This document shows positions 35,636 through 44,389 of a stretch of DNA of 64,000 nt, piece by piece. Position numbers and translations under genes: made by a program. How positions within the stretch are numbered: position 1 is the stretch's first letter; each line of letters begins with the position of its first letter. The DNA lies in NCBI GenBank assembly GCA_017940265.1, contig JAGAYY010000025.1:64711-128710 (forward strand), given 5' to 3'. The notes under the pieces are model-generated. The model searched no databases and was not told where the DNA came from. It worked only from the letters and a program-made list of their open reading frames with translations. Source of the stretch: Bacilli bacterium. GTDB lineage: Bacteria > Bacillota_I > Bacilli_A > RFN20 > CAG-826.

Positions 35636-35747
35636 ATTACTTGCTCTACTTAAAGAGATAGTTGATACAGAAAAAGAATTAATAACTAAGATAGATGAAC
35701 TTAATAAGAATCTTACAGGAGCTACAGAGGTACAGAGCAAATCCTAA
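35601..35747 (+). CDS. possible small coiled-coil protein (48 aa, not in the ORF track)
   Basis: ATG-initiated ORF bridging 35635-35695; conflicts with the N-terminus of the next ORF. Confidence 0.25.
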   Translation: MLTIEEKTFRARLLALLKEIVDTEKELITKIDELNKNLTGATEVQSKS

Positions 35748-36177
35748 TGAAAAAGTTTACCTGAAGTCAATTGCCCATGGAAAACTTTGGTGGATTGGAT
35801 GTTCCGGTAATGTTATCGAGACACAGGATGCTCAAGGAAACGTTATTAAATTTAATCAGGAAGGGAAAATTCATCTAGCCGGAGAATGTATATTATTTCC
35901 TGAGACTGGCGAACCTTGGGAGATTTACCGAAAGAAAATGAGCGACCAATATTATGATTCACTAATGAGAATTGGTGATATCTGTTTGGGCAAGGTAGAT
36001 GAAACATCTAATTGGGTCTTGGTTGTTTATGAAGGAAAACTCGATGGACAATATCGAGCAAGAACTGGCCAAGATAAAACTGAGTGGAAATATTGTATAC
36101 CGTATCAAGCTAATTCTGGATACTTAGGTAGACCTAGCTTTCCGGATTGGATGATACCTGATGATGAATTAGAATGA
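35695..36177 (+). CDS. hypothetical protein
   Basis: 160-aa ORF; start uncertain. Confidence 0.5.
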   Translation: MNLIRILQELQRYRANPNEKVYLKSIAHGKLWWIGCSGNVIETQDAQGNVIKFNQEGKIHLAGECILFPETGEPWEIYRKKMSDQYYDSLMRIGDICLGKVDETSNWVLVVYEGKLDGQYRARTGQDKTEWKYCIPYQANSGYLGRPSFPDWMIPDDELE

Positions 36178-36446
36178 AAACATATCAAGAAAGAAAAAAA
36201 GAAGTTACTCTAGGAAAAAGCCCTGAGTACTTGGCTGGAATGGAAGCCGCTGAAGGATTACTTGAAAAGAGACTTCGTGAGATTCTTGGTCCTTATGGAA
36301 ATATGATTCAGGTTTTGTCTCAAATCATTGATACAAAGAAACCTGAAAAACGTGAAGAACTTATGAAATTTCTCTTGGAGACTCCTGGAACACTTAAAGA
36401 ATTAAATAAAAATTTTGATGAACTTATTAATGTTATACGAATATGA
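36174..36446 (+). CDS. hypothetical protein
   Basis: 90-aa ORF with an ATGA overlap. Confidence 0.5.
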   Translation: MKTYQERKKEVTLGKSPEYLAGMEAAEGLLEKRLREILGPYGNMIQVLSQIIDTKKPEKREELMKFLLETPGTLKELNKNFDELINVIRI

Positions 36447-36937
36447 AAATAACAAATAATCGAGAGTTTAGAGTAGCTACCGGTATTAAGGAGGACTTAG
36501 ACTATTTTATTGAACGATTAAGTGAGGATGAACAAGACTACTTAGATGTTAGGGCACTTAAAGAAACTCAAAAGAAAATTGAGGCTGATGTTTCTGAATA
36601 TATAGAATCTCAAAAATCACTGTGCCCAACTATAAAGGTTGGTTCTATTGTTGGGATCTTCGGAGGTGATGGTATTAGCTATTCACAACAGGATTACTAT
36701 AAAATTAGTAATATCACCGATAGATGGATTGAAGGTGATAGATTAACTGTCGTCCGAGGTGATTATAATAATGAAATTGTATTTGAGGAGAAGTGGAAGG
36801 AGAGCATAGAAAAATTTATGAATCAATATAACCGTAACTATCATTCTTCCAAAGTCCCTGAAGAAACTTGGAATATGCTCATGGATTATACCAAAAATAT
36901 ACCATGGCCGGATTACAAGTGTGAAGAAGAAGATTAA
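36443..36937 (+). CDS. hypothetical protein
   Basis: 164-aa ORF with an ATGA overlap. Confidence 0.5.
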   Translation: MKITNNREFRVATGIKEDLDYFIERLSEDEQDYLDVRALKETQKKIEADVSEYIESQKSLCPTIKVGSIVGIFGGDGISYSQQDYYKISNITDRWIEGDRLTVVRGDYNNEIVFEEKWKESIEKFMNQYNRNYHSSKVPEETWNMLMDYTKNIPWPDYKCEEED

Positions 36938-36944
36938 AAATAAA

Positions 36945-36964
36945 ATAGAGGAAATTTCCTCTAT
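36945..36964. terminator. bidirectional terminator at a convergent junction
   Basis: Perfect palindrome ATAGAGGAAA/TTTCCTCTAT flanked by an A-run and a T-run. Confidence 0.8.
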
Positions 36965-36972
36965 TTTTTTAT

Positions 36973-37314
36973 TTATGTCCAAGGTTTTCCTCTAGCTAAT
37001 GCATAACTAGATTTAGGCCCTTTGATCACTCCGTTCACACATCTAAAGTACTTAAGGAATAATCGAATAACATCTACTAAATTTGGTTTTCCATTACTAT
37101 TACATTTTACAAAACCTATCAACCTAGCACTTCCTTTCCTTAGCTGAGTTTGTAATTCAATAAATGAACCTTTATCAGTATCAAACACCGCATCAGTCTC
37201 TAATTCATAAATTAAACGATATCTTTGTTCGAACCACTTAACTATCTGAGAAGGCTTATCTAATGAGCAACCTAAGATCCAAAGCTTAAGTCTAGTATCC
37301 TCGGTTAACTCCAT
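36973..37314 (-). CDS. small protein, tandem paralog family C
   Basis: LKLWILGC...IVKWFEQRY...FRCVNGVIKGP...PWT-stop. Confidence 0.6.
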   Translation of the reverse strand: MELTEDTRLKLWILGCSLDKPSQIVKWFEQRYRLIYELETDAVFDTDKGSFIELQTQLRKGSARLIGFVKCNSNGKPNLVDVIRLFLKYFRCVNGVIKGPKSSYALARGKPWT

Positions 37315-37601
37315 TCTTTATATTTTTTATTTGTATACTTAGTTGCGGGTCCTTTAATTTCTCCATTACGAACCGTGAACAATCTAAGATACCAATATAT
37401 CGGGTAGGTCTTATTTACATAATAAGGTGTTCTAACAAAAATCAAAAGTTTCTTTCCTTTACATACAGTGAAATTACCTTTGGCTGTTATTGACCACTTA
37501 AGATCATACCTATCCTTGAACCATTTAATTATTTCATCCGGGTCTGTTTTAGTACATCCTAGATAAGACAGTTTAAGTATTAAGTTCTCGCTTAAGTCCA
37601 T
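37305..37601 (-). CDS. small protein, family C
   Basis: LKLSYLGC...IIKWFKDRY...VRNGEIKGP...EWS-stop; 10-nt ATGGAGTTAA junction. Confidence 0.6.
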   Translation of the reverse strand: MDLSENLILKLSYLGCTKTDPDEIIKWFKDRYDLKWSITAKGNFTVCKGKKLLIFVRTPYYVNKTYPIYWYLRLFTVRNGEIKGPATKYTNKKYKEWS

Positions 37602-37891
37602 TCTTCTTGTTTATCTAAATAGTCAGCTGATGGTCCCCTAATAAAACCATCCTTACATATGAAAAGATCCAAAAATATTTGAATTAACCCCAGGATATTT
37701 CTTTTAGGGTAACCGTCATGAATCCGTCTTCCATTAACTCTAATAACATATAAGTCATCACGCCAAGAAGGAAATAGATCGATTTTATATTTCGTCAAGA
37801 ACCAATCAATTATTTCTGATGGTTCCTCCTTAAAACACCCTATTGCCCATAATCTCGACAATGTATACTCATCAAAAACACCATCGTCCAT
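37592..37891 (-). CDS. small protein, family C
   Basis: LSRLWAIGC...IIDWFLTKY...CKDGFIRGP...EWT-stop; start set at MDDGVF by family alignment. Confidence 0.55.
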   Translation of the reverse strand: MDDGVFDEYTLSRLWAIGCFKEEPSEIIDWFLTKYKIDLFPSWRDDLYVIRVNGRRIHDGYPKRNILGLIQIFLDLFICKDGFIRGPSADYLDKQEEWT

Positions 37892-38195
37892 CTTCTCCGA
37901 GCATATAATTGTCAGTGTGAGGTCCATGTGGTTTTCCTGAGGCATCAACATAGAACAACCTTATTAACATTTTTATTTGTACGATAGGACCAGGACAAAC
38001 GGAGTAGGTAGAAGTTTTAATACATTTCTGACCATTATATAATTCAACAAGATATTTACCATTTCTTTTTCTCTTAGAAACTACCTTGACGTGCCAGACT
38101 CGGAGAAACCAATCTAGGATACCTGATTGATCTTCTAGATCTCCAGAATACCCTAGCATCATGGCTTTTAATCCTACATCTTCTGGTAATTCCAT
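37872..38195 (-). CDS. small protein, family C (divergent C-terminus)
   Basis: LKAMMLGYSG...ILDWFLRVW...DASGKPHGP...RWCF-stop. Confidence 0.5.
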   Translation of the reverse strand: MELPEDVGLKAMMLGYSGDLEDQSGILDWFLRVWHVKVVSKRKRNGKYLVELYNGQKCIKTSTYSVCPGPIVQIKMLIRLFYVDASGKPHGPHTDNYMLGEDGRWCF

Positions 38196-38605
38196 AAAAG
38201 CTCACGTATACTATCTACCGGTATCTCACCATTACATCCAGTCTTTAACCAGGCTTCAACTACGTGGGAAGGATCATCTAAGAGAAGGTATATGTCATGG
38301 AGCTTCTTTGTATCAAGTTCATTAGCATAGACAATAACTCTCTGTCCCGTGTTACCGAAGAAAGCGATTCTAACGTCGCTATCACATGCATCAGATAGGT
38401 CATGATTCTGTCCCGTTATGGAAATAGAATCGACCTCTATATCATCTGTAATTTTCTGGCGACGTAAATCTAGCTTTCTAACATACACGGGATTTTCAAA
38501 ACCATCACGAGTACAACCTTCGCTAATAGAATCTTGTTTATTATCTTCGACTCCATTTTTCATTACACCTTCAAATAATCTTCTAATTAATTCAAACTTT
38601 TTCAT
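38174..38605 (-). CDS. hypothetical protein (unrelated insert in the family C array)
   Basis: ORF 38174..38611; the ATG at 38605 forms an ATGA overlap with the upstream W-T-stop. Confidence 0.5.
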   Translation of the reverse strand: MKKFELIRRLFEGVMKNGVEDNKQDSISEGCTRDGFENPVYVRKLDLRRQKITDDIEVDSISITGQNHDLSDACDSDVRIAFFGNTGQRVIVYANELDTKKLHDIYLLLDDPSHVVEAWLKTGCNGEIPVDSIRELLWNYQKM

Positions 38606-38940
38606 GTCCAATCTATTTCTAAGTTCTTAAAATTTTCATCGGAGGGCCCAGAAACTACACCATTCACAGTTCTAAAAGCTCTTAATACTAACTTAACCTT
38701 AAATTCATCGGTAGCTTGTGTATTAGTGTAGTACTTCTGATTTGGAGAGGTTAAGGTATGAAGAACACTAGTTGATCCTTCTTTCCACCCCACCCAAAAT
38801 TCAGTCTTTCCATCTTTAAGTCTTTTGGTACTTAGATAAATACCATACTTAGAAGAAAACCACGAAAGAACTTTAGGTAGGTTGTTTGTTTTCCCCGAAT
38901 AACCTAAAGCTACTAATTTATATATATCGTCTATTTTCAT
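38602..38940 (-). CDS. small protein, family C
   Basis: YKLVALGYSG...VLSWFSSKY...FRTVNGVVSGP...DWT-stop. Confidence 0.6.
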   Translation of the reverse strand: MKIDDIYKLVALGYSGKTNNLPKVLSWFSSKYGIYLSTKRLKDGKTEFWVGWKEGSTSVLHTLTSPNQKYYTNTQATDEFKVKLVLRAFRTVNGVVSGPSDENFKNLEIDWT

Positions 38941-39425
38941 TCTATTACTAAATTTATATGTTCACCGGGTTTAGGTAAGTAATCTATCCATTCTGACTTC
39001 TCTTCAGTACCGTTCACTAAAATAAGATCTATAAGAACAGGACAACTATTTCCTAAAGAGCTAAGCTTTGTAGTTAGGCGTACCCATGCTTGTCCTTTCT
39101 GAATTAGGTCTTCTGTTTTCATTCCTTCTATAGTTTTCACAGGAGATTCAGACATTTTAGCAATAAATAACATATCATCTATCATCTCCTTAACTAACCT
39201 AAGAGGGGCAGTGATTCTTTCCTGTTCGGCCCTTTCAAGATCTAAATCATATCCATAACTACGACTACTAATTAAACCGTTTTGCTGCCTATAGGTCCAG
39301 ATAGCTTTAATCTTCTTTTCAATTAAGTCATATAACGGAGACAAGAAAGCTAACATCAGGCTTTCTTTATTTTCGACAAGTCTTAAGTCTATTCTTATCT
39401 CATGTCGTTTTTGTTCTACGTCCAT
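38937..39425 (-). CDS. hypothetical protein (unrelated insert in the family C array)
   Basis: 162-aa ORF. Confidence 0.5.
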   Translation of the reverse strand: MDVEQKRHEIRIDLRLVENKESLMLAFLSPLYDLIEKKIKAIWTYRQQNGLISSRSYGYDLDLERAEQERITAPLRLVKEMIDDMLFIAKMSESPVKTIEGMKTEDLIQKGQAWVRLTTKLSSLGNSCPVLIDLILVNGTEEKSEWIDYLPKPGEHINLVIE

Positions 39426-39739
39426 TGTTCTTCGTTTTTCTTATTAAGAGGACCAATAACTAGCCCATCCACCGTTTTGAAATAATATAAGAGAATAACC
39501 AGCCTTTTATATTCATAATCCTCCTGATCCGAATAATAAAAACTATATTCTTCGAAGGTAACATGCCCACCTACATTAACTCTTCCGTGACATAATACCT
39601 TAGGGTCAGTGAGGTTGGAAGGAAGAGGATAATAATCTATTTCGAAATTACTCGTAATCCACCTAAACATATCACCCGGACTCCCACTTCCTTTATATCC
39701 TAGAGACCACATCTTAAGTAATATCTCTTCTATGTCCAT
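39416..39739 (-). CDS. small protein, family C
   Basis: LKMWSLGYKG...MFRWITSNF...FKTVDGLVIGP...QWT-stop. Confidence 0.6.
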   Translation of the reverse strand: MDIEEILLKMWSLGYKGSGSPGDMFRWITSNFEIDYYPLPSNLTDPKVLCHGRVNVGGHVTFEEYSFYYSDQEDYEYKRLVILLYYFKTVDGLVIGPLNKKNEEQWT

Positions 39740-40047
39740 GGTTCATTTAATACTTCAGAGTATGGACCAGTAATTACACCTTCTTCACACTTGAATCGAT
39801 TAACTATTACACATACTACTGTAGGATTTACTTCTCGGGAAGAACAACAAATAATACTTTTTCCGATTAGGTCGCCTTCTTGAAATATCAAAACTTCTCG
39901 TTCTAGTCGATTATCATTATTCTCACTTATTACTGCATAGCTCAAGTTATATTTACGGCCTAACCAAAATAAGGCTTCGTGCGAGATAGGTTTTCCTTTA
40001 TATCCTAAGTAAATTAATTTTAAATATAAGTCTTCAGTTATGTCCAT
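39730..40047 (-). CDS. small protein, family C
   Basis: LKLIYLGYKG...FWLGRKY...FKCEEGVITGP...PWT-stop. Confidence 0.6.
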   Translation of the reverse strand: MDITEDLYLKLIYLGYKGKPISHEALFWLGRKYNLSYAVISENNDNRLEREVLIFQEGDLIGKSIICCSSREVNPTVVCVIVNRFKCEEGVITGPYSEVLNEPWT

Positions 40048-40373
40048 TCTTGTTCCGGTTCTTCATAATTATAGACGCTAGGACCAGAAATTACGCCTCC
40101 TATACACTTAAAGAAAAGGAGTATATCAAGGACTATATCTATCTCCCGACCTCTCTGATAGTATTTAATAATTCCCTTATCATATACTAATGTTACCCAG
40201 AAATTAGTTTTCATAATCTTAAAACTATATTTCTTAGAAAACCATCCCAATACACTATCTACGTTGGAGTAAGGGCAACCTAAGTATATTAGCTTAAGTA
40301 CTACCTTTTCTGATATTTCTTTCGAAACAGGCGGTATCGGGCCCAATAATTCCTCCATCCTCTTTAACCTCAA
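40038..40373 (-). CDS. small protein, family C (N-terminally extended)
   Basis: LKLIYLGC...VLGWFSKKY...FKCIGGVISGP...EWT-stop. Confidence 0.55.
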   Translation of the reverse strand: MRLKRMEELLGPIPPVSKEISEKVVLKLIYLGCPYSNVDSVLGWFSKKYSFKIMKTNFWVTLVYDKGIIKYYQRGREIDIVLDILLFFKCIGGVISGPSVYNYEEPEQEWT

Positions 40374-40785
40374 AGAAGTAAGTCATACTATCAATTACTT
40401 CTTTCATCATAACTATAGGAGATCGTTCATCTATATTATGAACGGTTATACTTAAAAAATTTGTAAGTTCTTTATTTCCAATTCTTATATGGGCCTCGAG
40501 AAGATCTGAATTCTTCCCTGTAACCATAAATCCAGAGTAAAAACCTTCCGAATAATCAATCTTGTACTCAAACTTCAAGTAATCTAGAATTTCTCGAACA
40601 TTATTTTCTCCGGCATAACCTAGTTTTCTGATTTTTTCGAGCACTTCCTCTTTAATCATAAAAAATTCAGGAGCTACTTCTTCTACAGATTCTTCGATAA
40701 TGAAATATCTCTTTTCCGTAGAGTCAAAGTATGCTCCATCCTTGTATCCACTTAAATATTTTCTTGCTTTTTTATGATATAACAT
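40294..40785 (-). CDS. family C-related protein with N-terminal extension
   Basis: LEKIRKLGYAG...ILDYLKFEY...FEVKEDGGIIGP; the C-terminal junction has degenerated. Confidence 0.5.
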   Translation of the reverse strand: MLYHKKARKYLSGYKDGAYFDSTEKRYFIIEESVEEVAPEFFMIKEEVLEKIRKLGYAGENNVREILDYLKFEYKIDYSEGFYSGFMVTGKNSDLLEAHIRIGNKELTNFLSITVHNIDERSPIVMMKEVIDSMTYFFEVKEDGGIIGPDTACFERNIRKGST

Positions 40786-40806
40786 TTCATATTTAAGGTT
40801 TTGAAT

Positions 40807-41079
40807 CTAAATTAGGTCCATGAAAAATGACGCACCTATCGGTTTATTCCATTTGCCACTCACCACTAATCTTTTTATTTCTTCTAACTCATAATAATCT
40901 TTTTCTAGAAGTGTAGTAGTTGTCCATTCAAGGTTATCTCGATATGGAACTAATTCTACATTAACATTCCTTATTTTCTTAAGTAACATTGGTGTTTTTC
41001 GACTCCCATAATAAAAACTGAGAGCCTTAGTACCGCCGATATAGATATAAGCTTTCTCTTGCTTTAATCTAATTTTCAC
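40807..41079 (-). CDS. hypothetical protein
   Basis: 3' part of ORF 40807..41361; a GTG at 41079 preceded by AAGGAG avoids the long overlap with the upstream ORF. Confidence 0.4.
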   Translation of the reverse strand: MKIRLKQEKAYIYIGGTKALSFYYGSRKTPMLLKKIRNVNVELVPYRDNLEWTTTTLLEKDYYELEEIKRLVVSGKWNKPIGASFFMDLI

Positions 41080-41530
41080 TAATCTCCTTTTCGATTGCCG
41101 CAAGAATAATGTCTGGTTTCTTAGTAGCATATCCAATTTTCTTGGCAACCCCCACCGGAATCCATTGTTCGATATATTCTGATTCATCAACTTTTGCTTT
41201 TGATATATAAAGTCCTGTTGGTTTAGGGACATCATCTCTAGTCTGTTTTTTGATTGTACCATTGGAAGTGACAATTGTAGTATTCCCACCTCCATGCTCT
41301 CGATAAGCTTCTGTCCAATAATCAAGAAGTTCCCATATCCACCAATATTTCTTTTTACCAATCATAGGGAAATGGGTTGATTCTGTATACGTTGACCAGA
41401 CCAGGAACCCAGAGATAACAACATTTAGATGAGAAACCGTTACGTCCGGGCTATTCCACTTAGGTTGTGTCTTAGTATAGGCCTTAACTAGTACTTTTAT
41501 TTTCTTTACCCCAAAGTCTTGAGAGCTCAT
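41069..41530 (-). CDS. hypothetical protein
   Basis: 153-aa ORF; start uncertain. Confidence 0.45.
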   Translation of the reverse strand: MSSQDFGVKKIKVLVKAYTKTQPKWNSPDVTVSHLNVVISGFLVWSTYTESTHFPMIGKKKYWWIWELLDYWTEAYREHGGGNTTIVTSNGTIKKQTRDDVPKPTGLYISKAKVDESEYIEQWIPVGVAKKIGYATKKPDIILAAIEKEISEN

Positions 41531-41771
41531 ACTCAGTAAGATAAATTTCTTTGGTCTCTATAGGAACCGAAGTCTCATATTTTTTAAGTGAAAGTTGTCT
41601 CCCAGATAACCATGTAGACCAGGGACCTAATTTTTTATTACACTTAAGGCAACCAGCCCTAACAACCTTAAGGTATTGATTTTTATTCAAGTCTGGGATC
41701 CAAAATTTAGTAACAATATAGGTCTTCGAAAAATTTTGTATTAGGTAAGATACCCTATAGTTACGTTCCAT
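41484..41771 (-). CDS. hypothetical protein, first gene of the minus-strand block
   Basis: 95-aa ORF directly preceded (on the minus strand) by the motif copy. Confidence 0.5.
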   Translation of the reverse strand: MERNYRVSYLIQNFSKTYIVTKFWIPDLNKNQYLKVVRAGCLKCNKKLGPWSTWLSGRQLSLKKYETSVPIETKEIYLTEYELSRLWGKENKSTS

Positions 41772-41806
41772 CAGTGATAAGGTTTTATTTCCTTATATAT
41801 GTGAAA
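41772..41806 (-). promoter_or_regulatory. compact copy of the intergenic motif on the minus strand
   Basis: The minus strand reads TTTCACATATATAAGGAAATAAAACCTTATCACTG and runs straight into the ATG of 41484..41771. Confidence 0.5.
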
Positions 41807-41821
41807 TTTATACAAATTAAT

Positions 41822-42499
41822 ATGGAAAAAGACTTTAGAAAATTTTATGGATCTCTACCAGGAAGTAAGATGACGGTATATGATGACTTAATGAGAAAGA
41901 AAGGTTATCAAAATCCTTACATCCTTGAAGAGAAAGAGCTTCATGTTACTCAATTGGATATTTTTAGTCGATTAATGATAGACCGACAAATATTCTTTGC
42001 TTCCGAAGTTACTGACGAGACTTGTAGTATTGCCATTGCCCAGCTTCTCTATATGGACGCTCAGGGAAATGAAGATATTACTATTAATATTATGTCTCCC
42101 GGAGGATCTTGTTCGGCAGGAATGGGACTTATTGATACTATCGGAAAAATTAATTCGGACGTTAGAACAATTAATATATCGAGTGCCTATTCAATGGGTC
42201 TTGTTCTGTTAGTAGCCGGAAAGAAAGGAAAACGTGTAGCCTTACCACACTCAGAGGGTCTCTTACATATGCCTCTCGTATCTGGTGGTATCTCAGGCCC
42301 ATGTGACGATATCGAAATTCAAACCGAGAACCTGAAGAAGACCAAACAGACTCTTTTCGAATTTATTGGTATGAGAACTGGTCATACTCTTGAAGAGATT
42401 ACTGAGATGGCCCCTCGCGATAGATGGATGACCGCTCAGGAGATGCTCGACTTAGGGTTTGTCGATGAAATACAGAACATTGATTGGAGTAAGAAATGA
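41822..42499 (+). CDS. clpP: ClpP-like serine protease (S14 family)
   Basis: ITINIMSPGGSCSAGMGLIDTI, SAYSMG (Ser), LLHMP (His), DRWMTAQEMLDLGFVDEI (Asp region). Confidence 0.8.
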   Translation: MEKDFRKFYGSLPGSKMTVYDDLMRKKGYQNPYILEEKELHVTQLDIFSRLMIDRQIFFASEVTDETCSIAIAQLLYMDAQGNEDITINIMSPGGSCSAGMGLIDTIGKINSDVRTINISSAYSMGLVLLVAGKKGKRVALPHSEGLLHMPLVSGGISGPCDDIEIQTENLKKTKQTLFEFIGMRTGHTLEEITEMAPRDRWMTAQEMLDLGFVDEIQNIDWSKK

Positions 42500-42804
42500 A
42501 AGTAGTCGGATATAATGTTGCTAAATACTTGAAATTTCCAGAACAAACACCATACTTATATTGGGAAGATGATCGTACAGAAGTTCATCTTTGGTGTGAT
42601 CCCGAAAATATCTACCACGTAACCTTCCCGGCCCCAAGTGCTATCGAAGCAGTTGAGTATTTATGGAAGAGGGGAATTAGAATATCATATGAACCTGTCT
42701 CCGAAGGTTGCAAGGGGCGTATAGAAGGTTCAGTACTTAGTAACATATATCCAACTCCAACTGATGCTATGATTGGGTGTCTAGAATGGTTATGTACACG
42801 ATAG
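42496..42804 (+). CDS. hypothetical protein
   Basis: 102-aa ORF with an ATGA overlap. Confidence 0.5.
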   Translation: MKVVGYNVAKYLKFPEQTPYLYWEDDRTEVHLWCDPENIYHVTFPAPSAIEAVEYLWKRGIRISYEPVSEGCKGRIEGSVLSNIYPTPTDAMIGCLEWLCTR

Positions 42805-42871
42805 CTATAATTCTGGCCGGTATACTTCTCGTGGTTGTTGTTCGGGAAGTATCAAAGAATGAACTTAGGAG

Positions 42872-43114
42872 ATGGAGGAACCAACACGAGGATATGCATT
42901 CGGATACTGGAAAGACGAAGAAACGTTAATGATTCTGTGTATGTCGGGAGGGTCAATATATTACAGTGAGTGGGGTCCTGGTCTTTCACCTTCCAATATT
43001 GTGCTGGGATGGAAACCGGACTCCTTACCTATTCTAACTTCCGGCCATGAAATTAAAGAAGAACTGGAAGCACTTGAAGTAGAACTGACAGATACCGGAG
43101 TATGGTTAATATAA
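42872..43114 (+). CDS. hypothetical protein
   Basis: 80-aa ORF. An alternative 47-aa TM-peptide ORF at 42786..42929 overlaps its start. Confidence 0.4.
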   Translation: MEEPTRGYAFGYWKDEETLMILCMSGGSIYYSEWGPGLSPSNIVLGWKPDSLPILTSGHEIKEELEALEVELTDTGVWLI

Positions 43115-43644
43115 TGAACAACGCTTGGAACTATAATTGGAAAAGAAGAGATACCGGAGAATATGTAACCGTTATTTCTACTTGTACAGATGGAACAGTT
43201 ACTTATATGGGTGGTGATGGAGTTTCTCTAAGAATAAAAGAATCTGAATTTCTTAAGGATTTTGAAAAGACAAGAGAAAATAATTATCAGAAAGTAGCTA
43301 AACAAATCGCAGAAGCTTGTTACCTAAATAGAGACTTCGAGAACTTGGGAGATACGATATTAAGGAGAACAACTTCTGGATATTACAAAGAAGGCGTTAT
43401 TGTTTATTTTATTGATTCAGGAGGTTATTTTGAGACTAAATCAGGGTATAGAGACTTTGGACCTAATGTACCTTTTGAGATTATGAAAATTAGACAAGAC
43501 CCCGATCATTGTAGGGCTATGATAGGTCTGAGACGCTTGGGAAGTAAAACAGATCAACCTATCATAGAAGTCCCAGCCTATTTAGACCACCTAGAACCAA
43601 ATGATGCTTACTGGTTATTAAAACGATATGACCAACCTTATTAA
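43102..43644 (+). CDS. hypothetical protein
   Basis: 180-aa ORF. Confidence 0.5.
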   Translation: MVNIMNNAWNYNWKRRDTGEYVTVISTCTDGTVTYMGGDGVSLRIKESEFLKDFEKTRENNYQKVAKQIAEACYLNRDFENLGDTILRRTTSGYYKEGVIVYFIDSGGYFETKSGYRDFGPNVPFEIMKIRQDPDHCRAMIGLRRLGSKTDQPIIEVPAYLDHLEPNDAYWLLKRYDQPY

Positions 43645-44389
43645 GTTATTACCCGGTTCTGTAGTTGATGTGAAAGGACATCATATTTACTCTAATGGAA
43701 CTTATATTTGTACCCGAGTTAATACAACCCAAGGATACTGGTTAATAAAAACTGATGAACTTGAAGGTTTTAATATTTTTATCAAAGACCTAAGTTCATT
43801 AAGCACAAACCTAACAAGAAAAGGATACGCAGGACCAAGGATTGTAGATGATTACGTATGTCATGATCACCACTGCTTTCCAAAATCAATAACTGGCTGT
43901 TCTGGTTGCCATTATCAAGGAAATCCATACCCCAATTATTTTTGGTTGGGAGAATATGTATGGGATAAGGTATGGAAGAAAAGACATAAAGTAATTGCAA
44001 TCGAACTATTCTTCGACATTAGAGATTTAGACTTAGATCTAGATAATAAAATACCAGAATGGGAAATACGAAGAATCAAAGAAGTAGGAGATTTTTTATC
44101 CCCAGAACTTCATAGAGAATATTATCAAATGTTATATGAAGCTTTCGGAGGATTAAAACCCGTATTTCTATATACCCTAGCTGGATTTACTCGTAAGTCT
44201 AAATTCGAATTTCATGAACTAACCAGGGCAGGAAAAAGAACAGGTTATATCCCAGACTTAGAACAAACTAAATATATCTGTTCCGAGCTTTGTATATATG
44301 GGAAAGGATCACTCAAATGCTTTGGATGTCCGACCCGTGATTTTATTGACGAACTAAAACCAAATTTAGAAAATCCACATGACTTATAA
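43628..44389 (+). CDS. hypothetical Cys-rich protein
   Basis: 253-aa ORF. Confidence 0.5.
   Translation: MTNLIKLLPGSVVDVKGHHIYSNGTYICTRVNTTQGYWLIKTDELEGFNIFIKDLSSLSTNLTRKGYAGPRIVDDYVCHDHHCFPKSITGCSGCHYQGNPYPNYFWLGEYVWDKVWKKRHKVIAIELFFDIRDLDLDLDNKIPEWEIRRIKEVGDFLSPELHREYYQMLYEAFGGLKPVFLYTLAGFTRKSKFEFHELTRAGKRTGYIPDLEQTKYICSELCIYGKGSLKCFGCPTRDFIDELKPNLENPHDL

Noticed and set aside
42786-42929. 47-aa single-TM peptide ORF (MVMYTIAIILAGILLVVVV…)
   Set aside because: It is plausible as a small membrane protein, but it overlaps the start of 42872..43114 by about 60 nt and I cannot choose between the two from sequence. It is not listed as a feature.
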